Source of the DNA: Candidatus Fermentibacterota bacterium
GTDB taxonomy: Bacteria > Fermentibacterota > Fermentibacteria > Fermentibacterales > JCC-6
Reading direction: 5' to 3'
Length of the DNA stretch: 64,000 nucleotides
NCBI GenBank assembly: GCA_963845085.1
Contig: CAWJQI010000001.1
Span: 288,001-352,000, forward strand
Shown here: piece after piece, positions 24,084 through 33,668 of the stretch
How the letters are laid out: the number at the start of each line of letters is the position of its first letter
How positions within the stretch are numbered: position 1 is the stretch's first letter
Made by a program: the position numbers and the translations under genes
Notes under the pieces: model-generated
The model's input: the letters and a program-made list of their open reading frames with translations, nothing else
What the model was told of the DNA's origin: nothing
Databases searched by the model: none

Positions 24084-25346
24084 CTAAACAACAGTTCCGT
24101 CGGGAATGACCGCACCTTTCGGGATAACGATGATCCCATCCCTGATGAACCAGGAATCCCCGTCGGCCTCTTCAAGGCCGGCTTCGTTCAGGAGCCTTAC
24201 TTCCGATCCTATCCTGGCGTTCTTGTCGATTATGGCCCTGCGGATATGTGAGCCATCGCCGACGCCCATCGGCGGAAGGGAGGGGTCGAGAACCGCGGGA
24301 TCCTGCGGGTGTCCCCGCCAGAAGTCGGCGCCCATCAGAACGGTCTCGTCGAGCACGCAGCCCTTTCCCAGGTAGCTGCGGATCCCAACTATCGAGTTCC
24401 TCACCACCGCGCCGTTGAGGTCGGAGGCATCGCATACGATGGCGTTGTCCATGCTGCAGTTGCGAAGCCTGGCGCCGGGAAGGGCGCGGGCCCTGGTGTA
24501 GAGGGGGGAGAACTGGCTGTACATGTCGAACTCGGGGTTTGGCATGGCGAGATCGATGTTGGCCTTGAAGAAGCTCTTTATCGTTCCTATGTCCGACCAG
24601 TAGCCGCTGAACGGGAAGGCTGTCATCCTGTAACGGCCCAGGGCGCACGGGATTATTTCCTTGCCGAAATCGTCGTGTTCCGGGTTCTGTGTCAAAAGAT
24701 CGCTCAAAACCCCTGGCTTGAACAGGTAGATGCCCATGCTGCCGAGGAACGGGCGGTCTTCGGTAACACAGGAGAACGAGCTCTCAAGCCCGGAGAGCCG
24801 CTCGGGAGCGGGCTTCTCATGAAATCCCTGAATGGCGCCCCGTGAATCGACCTGTATGATGCCCAACCCTGACGCCTCGTCCCTGCAAACGGGCTTGGCG
24901 GCAATGCAGATGTCTGAGGAAGTGTCGTTGAAGTGCTGGATGAAATCGAGGAAGTTCATCCTGTAGAGCTGATCGCCTGAAAGTATCAGCACCAGGTCCG
25001 GCTGGAGGGACAGGATGTGTATCATGCTTTTCCTGACGGCATCCGCGGTTCCCTGGAACCAGTCCACGCTGTCGTAGGTCTGCTCGGCGGCAAGTATCGA
25101 GACGAAGCCGTTCGTGAACCTGTCGAACCGGTAGGTCTGCGCGATGTGCCGGTTCAGGCTTTCGCTGTTGTACTGGCTCAGCACGAGAATCTGCCTGATT
25201 CCGTCGTTCACGCAGTTAGAGATGGGTATGTCGATGAGCCTGTACTTCCCCCCGATCGGGACTGCCGGCTTGCACCGGAGCTTTGTGAGCGGGTACAGCC
25301 GGGTGCCCCTTCCACCTCCGAGAATAACAGCGACAACACTTCTCAT
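24084..25346 (-). CDS. glgC: Glucose-1-phosphate adenylyltransferase
   Basis: ILGGGRGTRLYPLT, KPAVPIGGKYRLIDIPISN, WFQGTADAVR, AIIDKNARIG. Confidence 0.97.
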   Translation of the reverse strand: MRSVVAVILGGGRGTRLYPLTKLRCKPAVPIGGKYRLIDIPISNCVNDGIRQILVLSQYNSESLNRHIAQTYRFDRFTNGFVSILAAEQTYDSVDWFQGTADAVRKSMIHILSLQPDLVLILSGDQLYRMNFLDFIQHFNDTSSDICIAAKPVCRDEASGLGIIQVDSRGAIQGFHEKPAPERLSGLESSFSCVTEDRPFLGSMGIYLFKPGVLSDLLTQNPEHDDFGKEIIPCALGRYRMTAFPFSGYWSDIGTIKSFFKANIDLAMPNPEFDMYSQFSPLYTRARALPGARLRNCSMDNAIVCDASDLNGAVVRNSIVGIRSYLGKGCVLDETVLMGADFWRGHPQDPAVLDPSLPPMGVGDGSHIRRAIIDKNARIGSEVRLLNEAGLEEADGDSWFIRDGIIVIPKGAVIPDGTVV

Positions 25347-25494
25347 TCCGGTTCCCCCTCCGCTTTTGGCCGCAGCAACGATTATTTCCCATCCCGGATT
25401 GAAGTCAACCCGGAGGCTGCGGTTCAGAGAAAACCCCAATACTTGACAATCCTAAAGCTGACCTTATGTTTTCTTAAAGAATGGAGGTGCAAAA

Positions 25495-25842
25495 ATGGAT
25501 ATTGGTGAGATCAGATGCCCATCCTGCAGAAAACTGATGACCCCGGTCAAGCTCACCTGTCCCGAGTGCGAGATCTCGATCGAGGGTTCCTTCAGCTCAT
25601 CCCCCCTGGCACAGCTCCACCCCGAGGATCAGGCGATTGCAATGGCCTTCATCCGAAGCTACGGGTCGATCAAGCAGCTGCAGGACACACTGGGCGTGAG
25701 CTATCCGACCGCAAGGGCACGGCTGGACAGGCTCGTCGGCGCGCTGAACCGCACGATGGAAATGGATGTCAACCCCGATCAAACCCTGAACAGGCTGGCC
25801 AAAGGTGAGATATCCTTTGAAGAGGCCATGAGGTCGCTCTGA
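25495..25842 (+). CDS. DUF2089 family protein (Zn ribbon + HTH + SHOCT-like tail)
   Basis: CPSC...CPEC.I.IEG.F, GSIK, LGVSYPTARARLD, L.KGEISFEEA. Confidence 0.88.
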   Translation: MDIGEIRCPSCRKLMTPVKLTCPECEISIEGSFSSSPLAQLHPEDQAIAMAFIRSYGSIKQLQDTLGVSYPTARARLDRLVGALNRTMEMDVNPDQTLNRLAKGEISFEEAMRSL

Positions 25843-26108
25843 TGCCCGCGCTGCTGCTGGTGCTGAGGTTTGGCAGGATGCCCTTTCCCCTGCCGCTTCC
25901 CTGGTTTCCCGTATGGCTTGTTCTGCTTCCGCTGGCCATCCTCGGTCAATTCGTCGGATCGGTTTCCGCCGTCCTGGCCCGGAAGCGGAGCGACACCCTG
26001 GTGCTGCTTTCCGCATCGATGGCTGCCTGGAGCCTCATCACGAGGCTTCATGGGCTTGAGATCACGGTCCGGTCGGAAAAAGAGAATCTGCAGTTCATGT
26101 TCATCTAG
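25842..26108 (+). CDS. Small membrane protein
   Basis: TGATG overlap with the DUF2089 gene; PLPLPWFPVWLVLLPL hydrophobic segment. Confidence 0.7.
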   Translation: MPALLLVLRFGRMPFPLPLPWFPVWLVLLPLAILGQFVGSVSAVLARKRSDTLVLLSASMAAWSLITRLHGLEITVRSEKENLQFMFI

Positions 26109-26129
26109 CGGAGATGTGGAGGTAGAGAA

Positions 26130-26549
26130 ATGAACGAAGCGAGAATGAAGATCCTTGAAATGCTCAGCAAGGGCAAGATCACAGTTGAAGAGGCTTCTGC
26201 ACTTCTTGAAAAGGTTATAGTAAGGGAGCAGGTTCCGGAGACGGATGCGGCCCCCGAGGAAGCGGGCGGGGCGCCCGCCAAAAAGGGAGTGCCGAAGTAC
26301 CTCAGGGTCATGGTGGACAGCTCCGACGGCGACAAGGTCAACATCAGGGTTCCCATGAGCCTGATCCGTACCGGGCTGAAACTCAGTTCGCTGATGCCCG
26401 CCGATGCGGCATCGGCGGTTCAGGAGCATGGCATCGACCTCTCCGCCCTCAAGAACCTCGAAGGCGAAGAGCTTGTCGATGCTCTCAGGGAGTTGACCGT
26501 CGACGTCGACAGCGCAGACGGCGACAAGGTGAGGATTTTCACAGAATAG
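26130..26549 (+). CDS. SHOCT-like domain protein
   Basis: MNEARMKILEMLSKGKITVEEASALL; two copies of VDSxDGDKVxI. Confidence 0.85.
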   Translation: MNEARMKILEMLSKGKITVEEASALLEKVIVREQVPETDAAPEEAGGAPAKKGVPKYLRVMVDSSDGDKVNIRVPMSLIRTGLKLSSLMPADAASAVQEHGIDLSALKNLEGEELVDALRELTVDVDSADGDKVRIFTE

Positions 26550-26561
26550 AACGGGGTTTGA

Positions 26562-27551
26562 ATGAAAATTGCCCTTGCCGGCTCACCATCATGCGGCCGC
26601 TCCACACTGTTCCGAGCCATGGCGGGCTCGTCCAGGGCGGATACCGCAAAACCTCTGACGGTCAGGGTGCCCGACCCGAGGATTGATTTCCTCGTCGAAC
26701 ACTGGCATCCGAAAAGCGTGGTCCACGCCACGGTATCATTCACCGACCTGCCCTCCCCCGCCTTCGGAACCAGAAGCATGGCCCTGCTTCGCGAAGCGTC
26801 AGCCGTTGCGCTTGTTCTCGACAATTATGCCCTGGGAAACCTCGAGGAGAGTTTCAGGAACGCCGAGGCCGAGATGATGCTCGGTGATTTCGCCATCCTC
26901 GAGAAACGGAGGGACAGGCTCAGGAAGGAGAGCAAGGCCGGTTGCCAGGAATTCGCGCTCGTCGACCGCGCTCTCTCCGCCCTCGACTCTGAACTCCCGC
27001 TCCGAAAAGCCGGCTTCACCGCCCACGAGCAGGAGGTCTTCTCCGCCTACGCTCCCGTCTCGATGAAACCCCTCATGGTGATTTCGAACCGCTCGGGTGA
27101 CGGAGTCTCGGACGAATCGGCAGTGAAGGCGGCTGCAGAGGCCGCCGGTGCAGCCTTCCTCACGATAGATGCCGGCCTTGAGCTCGAACTCTGCGAGCTT
27201 CCGGAGGAGGAACGGTTCGAGTACCGAAGCAGCATGGGCTACAGCGAATCGGGGCTTTCACTGATCATCAGGTCGGCCAGTTCGCTGCTCGACCTTGTAA
27301 ACTTTCTGACCATGGGTCCCGACGAGGTGAGGGCATGGCCCATTCCGGCAGGCAGCACCGCGCTCGCCGCGGCTGCCACCATACACTCCGACCTTGCCAG
27401 GGGCTTCATCAGGGCCCAGGTAATCCCCTTCAATGTGTTCAGGGAAACCCCGGACGAGGCTCTCCTCAAGAAAAAGGGCGCCGTGGGGCTTGAGGGAAAG
27501 GATTACATCGTGAAGGACGGCGACATCATCGAGATCAGGTTCTCGGTATAG
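26562..27551 (+). CDS. YchF-like (Obg family) protein with TGS/DUF933 domain and divergent G motifs
   Basis: VPDPRID, FLTMGPDEVRAW, IHSDLARGFIRA, LEGKDYIVKDGDII; P-loop reads GSPSCGRST. Confidence 0.85.
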   Translation: MKIALAGSPSCGRSTLFRAMAGSSRADTAKPLTVRVPDPRIDFLVEHWHPKSVVHATVSFTDLPSPAFGTRSMALLREASAVALVLDNYALGNLEESFRNAEAEMMLGDFAILEKRRDRLRKESKAGCQEFALVDRALSALDSELPLRKAGFTAHEQEVFSAYAPVSMKPLMVISNRSGDGVSDESAVKAAAEAAGAAFLTIDAGLELELCELPEEERFEYRSSMGYSESGLSLIIRSASSLLDLVNFLTMGPDEVRAWPIPAGSTALAAAATIHSDLARGFIRAQVIPFNVFRETPDEALLKKKGAVGLEGKDYIVKDGDIIEIRFSV

Positions 27552-28371
27552 AACGCGCCATCCCGTTGACAATGCTGGCCACCTCGGCGGCCGCGAGGAA
27601 GATCACGCACAGCCAGTAGACCCAGAGCAGCGTGGCCATGACCCCGATAAACGAACCGTACACGAATCCCCAGCTCGGGCGGGAGATCGACCACATGTAA
27701 AGGCTCGTCCCGGCGGTTGTGAGTACGGTCGCAGCGAGGGACGTCGGTACTGCGAGCTTGAGCGGGATTCTCCTGTTGGGTCCGGCCCAGTACAGCAGGA
27801 AAAAAACAAGGAATGCAAAGGTGAAGCTGAGCACCCTTCCCAGGAACCCGCTCAGGGCAGGACCCACAAGCGGAGTGCCCGCGATCACCCTGCCGGCTTC
27901 GGACTCGACCGCAACCCTCGCGCCCACGGTGGAAAGCACTGCGAGCATGAAGCAGAGTGCGACAAGGATGGCCAGGACAAAGTCGAAGAGCTTGCCCAGG
28001 ACCATGTGCCGTCCGGGTGCGTCAAAAATCCTGTCCAGTGCGGTCCGTATTGTTCCGAACAGCCTGCTCACCATCCACAGCAGCGTGAAGAACCCGATGA
28101 AGCCGACTGCGGCTGACTGATCCAGCACGGCGTGCTGAAGATCCAGGATCACGCTCTCCGCGACAAAAGGTTTCAGCTCGGACAGCCAGCCCAGGAAACC
28201 CTCCCGAAGCGTTGAATCCCCCATGGCGACATCGCTGCTGAGCGCGAAGATCAGGACTGCGAGGGGTATGGCCGTGACGAGGATGTTGAAGGCAACCGCT
28301 GCGGCACTGAAGTATATGCCGTGTTTGTCCCAGCTGTTGTAGAGTGTGCGCAGGAACCTTCGGGCAGCCAC
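27535..28371 (-). CDS. YihY/BrkB family membrane protein
   Basis: SAAAVAF, ALDRIF, LYWAGPN, VYGSF...LLWVYW. GTG 28371 follows GAGG. Confidence 0.88.
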   Translation of the reverse strand: MAARRFLRTLYNSWDKHGIYFSAAAVAFNILVTAIPLAVLIFALSSDVAMGDSTLREGFLGWLSELKPFVAESVILDLQHAVLDQSAAVGFIGFFTLLWMVSRLFGTIRTALDRIFDAPGRHMVLGKLFDFVLAILVALCFMLAVLSTVGARVAVESEAGRVIAGTPLVGPALSGFLGRVLSFTFAFLVFFLLYWAGPNRRIPLKLAVPTSLAATVLTTAGTSLYMWSISRPSWGFVYGSFIGVMATLLWVYWLCVIFLAAAEVASIVNGMARSIPRT

Positions 28372-28399
28372 AGAAAAGCCTCTGAGGGAGTGTGAAAGC

Positions 28400-30235
28400 C
28401 TACTCCACCGTGACGCTTTTCGCAAGATTCCTCGGTTTGTCCACATCACATCCCCTTGCCACCGCAACGTAGTACGCCAGAAGCTGGAGGGGGATCACCG
28501 TAAGAAGCGGCGTGAGCTGATCGGCAACGGCCGGAACCTCGATGACCCACTGGGCGTGATTGCGGATGTCGGTGTCACCCTCGGTGGCGACAGCCAGTAT
28601 CCTGCCCTTCCTGGCCTTCACTTCCTGGATGTTGCTCATGATCTTGTCGTAGGCGGCATCACGGACCGCAATGACGGCGACCGGCATGAGGTCGTCGATA
28701 AGTGCTATGGGGCCGTGCTTCATCTCCGCTGCGGGGTACCCCTCGGCATGGATGTAGCTGATCTCCTTGAGCTTGAGGGCCCCCTCGAGCGCGACGGGGT
28801 AGTTGACACCCCTGCCCAGGTAGAGGAAGTTGGATGCGTATGTGAACTCCCTCGCAAGGCTCTTGATCTCATCCGCCCTGCCGAGGATCGTCTCGACCTT
28901 GCCCGGCACTTCCCTGATGCTGTTGGCGAGAAGAAGCCCCTCGGAAAGACTGATGCAGCCCCTGGCCCTTCCAAGCGCCAGACCAATGAGGGACAGGATC
29001 ATCACCTGGCTGGTGAACGCCTTCGTCGAGGCCACACCGATCTCGGGTCCGGCATGAATGTAGACCCCGGCATCGGTCTCACGGGCAATGGTCGAGCCCA
29101 CGACGTTCACGATCCCGTAGCATGCGGCGCCCTTTTCACGGGCGAGCTTGAGGGCGGCCAGTGTATCGGCGGTCTCACCGCTCTGGCTTATGACGAGCAC
29201 CATCGTGCCTTCGCCGATAACCGGATCCCGGTAGCGGAATTCGCTTGCGTATTCAACGTCGACGGGGATGCGCGCCATTGATTCGAGGACGTATTTGCCT
29301 ATGAGGGCGGCGTGCCAGGAAGTGCCGCAGGCGGTGATGATGATCCGCCTGATCGCCATCATGTCTTCCGGGGTCATGTTCAGCCCGCCCAGGTGCGCGG
29401 TGCCCTCGGCCATGTCCAGCCTTCCCCTGAAGGCGTTGCGAAGGGATTCAGGCTGGGAGTGGATCTCTTTCAGCATGTAGTGCTGGAAACCGTCCTTCTC
29501 GATCTCGGAAAGGTCCCAGTCAACGTGGGTCATGCGGTCCCTTATCATCCTGGGGTCGCTTCCGTGGCTCTGGACACCCCTCGTGGTTATCTCGACCAGC
29601 TCACCTTCCTCGAGGTACACCACATCCCTGGTGTGTGCCACTATTGCGGCAACATCGCTTGCCACGATGTTCTCGCCGTCGCCGATCCCCACCACCAGGG
29701 GGCTTCCATACCGTGCTGCGACAAGCGTCGAAGGCTGGTCGGCAGAAACCACGGCAATGCCGTAAGCGCCCCTGACAACGGTCAGGGCCTTCTTGACCGC
29801 CGAAAGCAGGTCACCGGTGGCTTTCATCTCCCTGCCGATGAGTTTTGTCAGCACCTCGGTGTCGGTCTCCGACTCGAACACTTCGCCCAAAGCTTCAAGC
29901 CTGTCCTTGAGGGATTTGTAGTTCTCTATGATGCCGTTGTGGACAAGGGCCACCCTGCCCGAGGAATCGGTATGGGGGTGAGCGTTCTCGGTCGAAGGCT
30001 CTCCGTGGGTGGCCCACCTGGTGTGGGCTATTCCGGCAGTGGCGGCCCTTCCCGGGCCGGGATCGAGCGCCATCAGGTCGGAAACCCTGCCCACGCACTT
30101 CCTGATCACGAGTGAATCGTTGTACTGCAGGGCGTACCCGGCGGAATCGTACCCCCTGTACTCAAGGCGTTTCAGACCGCTTATAAGGATGTCAAGCGCG
30201 GGTCTTGCACCCACATATCCGACTATTCCGCACAT
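28400..30235 (-). CDS. glmS: Glutamine-fructose-6-phosphate aminotransferase
   Basis: MCGIVG, LEYRGYDSAG, HTRWATHG, SQSGETADT, PRNLAKSVTVE. Confidence 0.99.
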   Translation of the reverse strand: MCGIVGYVGARPALDILISGLKRLEYRGYDSAGYALQYNDSLVIRKCVGRVSDLMALDPGPGRAATAGIAHTRWATHGEPSTENAHPHTDSSGRVALVHNGIIENYKSLKDRLEALGEVFESETDTEVLTKLIGREMKATGDLLSAVKKALTVVRGAYGIAVVSADQPSTLVAARYGSPLVVGIGDGENIVASDVAAIVAHTRDVVYLEEGELVEITTRGVQSHGSDPRMIRDRMTHVDWDLSEIEKDGFQHYMLKEIHSQPESLRNAFRGRLDMAEGTAHLGGLNMTPEDMMAIRRIIITACGTSWHAALIGKYVLESMARIPVDVEYASEFRYRDPVIGEGTMVLVISQSGETADTLAALKLAREKGAACYGIVNVVGSTIARETDAGVYIHAGPEIGVASTKAFTSQVMILSLIGLALGRARGCISLSEGLLLANSIREVPGKVETILGRADEIKSLAREFTYASNFLYLGRGVNYPVALEGALKLKEISYIHAEGYPAAEMKHGPIALIDDLMPVAVIAVRDAAYDKIMSNIQEVKARKGRILAVATEGDTDIRNHAQWVIEVPAVADQLTPLLTVIPLQLLAYYVAVARGCDVDKPRNLAKSVTVE

Positions 30236-31569
30236 GAGAGCACCTTTCGAAAGATCCCGAAGCAGGCTTCAAGCGGCCCGGGGGATTCGCTTTCGCCGAT
30301 GAAGCGCACCACCGGCTCGGTTCCGCTTGGTCTGATGTGAAACCACCCCCAGTCCGTACGATACCAGAATCCGTCGCGTGAATCGGTCGGCGGGCCGAAC
30401 CCGCGCGTGAGGGCTTCCCCGAGGCGTCCGAACGCGCCCTGGAAGGGGACCTTCCTCTTTACCATGACGAAACGTGGCAACCCCCCCGCCCATCGTGAAA
30501 GCGACATGCCGGGATCATCCCGGAGGAACGACACCACCATGGCCATGGCCACTGCGCTGTCCCTTCCAGGATGGCAGAGCGGGTAGATCACGCCGCCGTT
30601 GCCTTCGCCGCCCAGCGGGGAACCAAGCCTTTCCATCTCCTCCACAACGTTGACCTCACCAACCGGGCTTCGGAATACGGGGCAGCCATGCCGGGTCGCA
30701 ACCACCTCGGAGAGCATTGAAGTGGACAGGTTTATCACAACCGGCCCGGGCGTGTGGCGCAGAATGTGGTCAAAAGCCAATGCCAGGGTGTACTCCTCAC
30801 CGATCAGAAGGCCGCCGTCGGCGACAAGGGCCAGCCTGTCACCGTCAGGGTCGAAACCGAAGCCAACGTCGGCGCCGCTCTCCCTCACGGCTTCCGCAAG
30901 CCCGGAAAGGCTTTCCACCGTTGGTTCGGCGACCCGCGGAAACTCGCCCTCCGCCGTCATGGAGGGGTTGATCATGGTCCACTCCACGCCGAGGGCATCC
31001 ATCAGGGCGGGGCCAAGGGTGGCGGCCGTTCCTCCAGTGACGTCGAGAACGACCCGGAGGGGTCTGCCCGACTTCCTTACGACCGGGAGGGACATGACCA
31101 GTTCAACATGTCTTGCCACCGAGCCGGCGAGCCTTTCGGGAAGGCCGCATGTATCGAACCCGCTGTATCTGCGCGGTTTCTCAAGGAGGGAGAGAAGCCT
31201 CTCCCTCATTTCAGCCCTCAGGAACACGCCGTCAGGACCAACAAGCTTGAGGGCGTTCCAGCATCCAGGGTTGTGGCTGCTCGTGACGGCGATCCCGCCC
31301 GCTGCCGAATCGTTCATGGCTTCAAGCTGGACCGTCGGGGTCGGCACGACCCCGAGAAGGACCGGGGAACACCCGACGGCCATGAGACCTGCGCAGACCG
31401 CTGCTTCAACGGCCTCTCCGCTGCGCCTGGTATCCCGTCCCACTACGACGCGCCCCGGACCGACGAGTTCACCGAATGCTGCGGCGAAACTCATCGCATC
31501 GAATACGGTGAAACTGCCGCCGAATACGCCGCGGATCCCGGAACCGCTCACAATAGGTTTTTCACCCAT
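30223..31569 (-). CDS. glmM: Phosphoglucosamine mutase / phosphohexomutase
   Basis: SGIRG, GRDTR, TSSHNP, DPDGDR, GGEGNGG, RPSGTEP; directly upstream of glmS. Confidence 0.88.
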   Translation of the reverse strand: MGEKPIVSGSGIRGVFGGSFTVFDAMSFAAAFGELVGPGRVVVGRDTRRSGEAVEAAVCAGLMAVGCSPVLLGVVPTPTVQLEAMNDSAAGGIAVTSSHNPGCWNALKLVGPDGVFLRAEMRERLLSLLEKPRRYSGFDTCGLPERLAGSVARHVELVMSLPVVRKSGRPLRVVLDVTGGTAATLGPALMDALGVEWTMINPSMTAEGEFPRVAEPTVESLSGLAEAVRESGADVGFGFDPDGDRLALVADGGLLIGEEYTLALAFDHILRHTPGPVVINLSTSMLSEVVATRHGCPVFRSPVGEVNVVEEMERLGSPLGGEGNGGVIYPLCHPGRDSAVAMAMVVSFLRDDPGMSLSRWAGGLPRFVMVKRKVPFQGAFGRLGEALTRGFGPPTDSRDGFWYRTDWGWFHIRPSGTEPVVRFIGESESPGPLEACFGIFRKVLSCAE

Positions 31570-31591
31570 CGAAGTCCTTTTCAAAAAGGAA

Positions 31592-31667
31592 TGGAGCCGG
31601 CGAACGGAGTCGAACCGTTGACCTGCGCATTACGAGTGCGCTGCTCTGCCAACTGAGCTACGCCGGC
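31592..31667 (-). tRNA. tRNA-Thr(CGT)
   Basis: GCCGGCGTAGCTCAGTTGGCAGAGCAGCGCACT-CGT-AATGCGCAGGTCAACGGTTCGACTCCGTTCGCCGGCTCCA; 76 nt, CCA encoded. Confidence 0.97.
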
Positions 31668-31683
31668 CCCGGAAGGGTTCGTA

Positions 31684-31712
31684 ATTCTAAGGCGGGAAAA
31701 CCGGCAGGTCAA
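31684..31712 (-). promoter_or_regulatory. Promoter of tRNA-Thr (and probably glmM-glmS)
   Basis: TTGACC-17 nt-TAGAAT. Confidence 0.7.
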
Positions 31713-32320
31713 CGCCAGACCGAATTTCCGCCTCCGGCCAGCGAAACCGACAACCCGAGGAAGTACCCCTTGAATCCAAGGTCCGTCTCCGCGGCGGGAT
31801 AAATGTAGCTGGGTTCGCCGTCGATGGTTACCTCGTCGGTTTTCATGTCCATCCAGACCGAGCGGTACTGCATCCTTCCAGAAAGCGGGCCCCAGAGCAG
31901 CACTTCCGCGCCGCACGTAAAGCCGTATCCCACACTGCCGCCCGATGCCTCGACATGGCTCCCGAAGTCATCCGTTCCCGCGTATTCGCCCGTGCACCCG
32001 GAAACCCCCGGGCCTGCAAAAAGTGTAAGCCCGGTGAAGGGATCGAAGCCGGCCACGGGGAAAACCCATCCCACGAAAGCCTTCAGGTCGCCGTCCCAGC
32101 CCCGGCCTCCCTGCTTCTGGAAGTAACCTCCGCCAAGCAGGAGATCAACCGGACCCGGCGATGAGAGCGTGATTTCCCCGCCCAGGGAAAGCCCCGGCGT
32201 CAGGAAACGCTGCTGATAGAAATCCTCGAACGGGTCGAGGCTGCCGACCATGGGTCCGACTTCCAACTCGAGGCCGCCCGGAAGCCCGGAAAGAAGGATG
32301 ATCACCGCAAGGCAGCTCAT
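31709..32320 (-). CDS. Outer-membrane beta-barrel (OmpA/OMP_b-brl-like) protein
   Basis: GGAGG RBS, hydrophobic N-terminus, alternating Gly/aromatic strands (LFAGPGVS, GYGFTCGAEV, YFLGLSVSL). Confidence 0.7.
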   Translation of the reverse strand: MSCLAVIILLSGLPGGLELEVGPMVGSLDPFEDFYQQRFLTPGLSLGGEITLSSPGPVDLLLGGGYFQKQGGRGWDGDLKAFVGWVFPVAGFDPFTGLTLFAGPGVSGCTGEYAGTDDFGSHVEASGGSVGYGFTCGAEVLLWGPLSGRMQYRSVWMDMKTDEVTIDGEPSYIYPAAETDLGFKGYFLGLSVSLAGGGNSVWR

Positions 32321-32362
32321 CGATGGTTCCTCCGGGTTGAATTGACCCTGTCCCTGAACAAA

Positions 32363-33598
32363 TCAGACCTCCCTCGGGTCCGTGATAATTCCTGTCACAG
32401 CCGTTGCAGCGGCGGTTTCCGGGCCGGCGATGTAAATCTCGGCACCGCTTTCACCCGTGGTTCCCGGCCCGTCGATCCCCGCAGTTGAGAGACACCTCTC
32501 TCCCGGTGCCGGAACGCATCTGCCGCGGAACAAACCTCCCCCGGGAGGAAGCACGACCGCCCCCGCCACAACAAGCTCCTCCAACAAACCATTCCTGAGC
32601 GCCTTGAGATACACCTGCCTCGAAGCCGGGCAGACAATGAAGCGAACCCCCGGCGCGACCTTCCTTCCCTTCATCACGGCGACAGCCGCCTCAATGTCTT
32701 CCGTCCTGCCGTTTACGCAGGTTCCCAGATAGACGACATCCACGGGCTCATGCGGAAGGTCCCTCACGGGAACGACGATATGATCGGGCCCCGGAAGTGC
32801 GGTCATGGGCGGGATCGAATCTAGATCGAAGGCGGCCACCCCGTCGAAGACGGCATCGGAGTCGCTCCAGAGTGCATTTCTGCAGACTTCGTGGGAGCAG
32901 AAAAAGCCTTCCGTGAGGCCGTCGGCCGGAAAGACCGACACGACAGCGCCCAGTTCGGCGCCCATGGCGGAAAGGGTCATGCGTTCGTACATCCTGAGGC
33001 CGCTGATGGCGCTACCGTGAAACTCCACTGCCTTCCCCCCGGAATCAACGGCGCTTCCCATGATTGCAAGGGCAAGGTCCTTGGCGCCGACCCGCTCACG
33101 GAAACCTCCCGAAAGACGGATGTCGATGGTCGCGGGAACCCTGACGTCTGCCGAACCTTCCTTCCAGATCATGGCGGCGCCGGCCGCTCCGACAGTGAAG
33201 GCATAGCAGTTGAACGCTCCGTAGGTGCAGGTGCGGCGATCAGTGCCGGCGATGATGCTGCCCGGAAAAACATGAGCGCTCTCCGAAAGAACCTGGTTGC
33301 ATGAGCCAGATCCGGGTTCGAAAAACCTCGAAATCCCCCTTGCGGCTGCGAATGAGCGGATCGCCTTCTGGTCGATGGCTTCGGCAACTACAGGCGGAAA
33401 ATCACCGTCAAGCACCACAAGGAGCCTGTCCGGGTGCAGAACATCGCTTCCGGGGCTGGCATCGGTAAAAACTCCGAGGACCTCGCCGGTGTCACCGCCG
33501 GTCAGAACCAGATCGGGAGCAACCCTGACCTCGTCCCCCTCGGTAACAGCGTGGCCCGCAGCCCTGCCCAGTATCTTCCGGGCGAAGGTTTCCCCCAT
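32363..33598 (-). CDS. 3-isopropylmalate dehydratase/homoaconitase large-subunit homologue, degenerate
   Basis: FARKIL, VGAKDLAL, VEFHG, ERMTLSAM, YLGTCVNGRTED, AAATAVTGIITDPR; second Cys motif lost. Confidence 0.85.
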   Translation of the reverse strand: MGETFARKILGRAAGHAVTEGDEVRVAPDLVLTGGDTGEVLGVFTDASPGSDVLHPDRLLVVLDGDFPPVVAEAIDQKAIRSFAAARGISRFFEPGSGSCNQVLSESAHVFPGSIIAGTDRRTCTYGAFNCYAFTVGAAGAAMIWKEGSADVRVPATIDIRLSGGFRERVGAKDLALAIMGSAVDSGGKAVEFHGSAISGLRMYERMTLSAMGAELGAVVSVFPADGLTEGFFCSHEVCRNALWSDSDAVFDGVAAFDLDSIPPMTALPGPDHIVVPVRDLPHEPVDVVYLGTCVNGRTEDIEAAVAVMKGRKVAPGVRFIVCPASRQVYLKALRNGLLEELVVAGAVVLPPGGGLFRGRCVPAPGERCLSTAGIDGPGTTGESGAEIYIAGPETAAATAVTGIITDPREV

Positions 33599-33668
33599 TG
33601 TTTCCTCTCTGAACCGGCAACTCAACATGGATAGTATGAAGCCGTGCGAAGGTTCCTCGCAAGGCGCG

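Noticed and set aside
30236..31700. glmS ribozyme upstream of glmS
   Set aside because: glmS overlaps glmM with no intergenic space, and no ribozyme consensus was seen.
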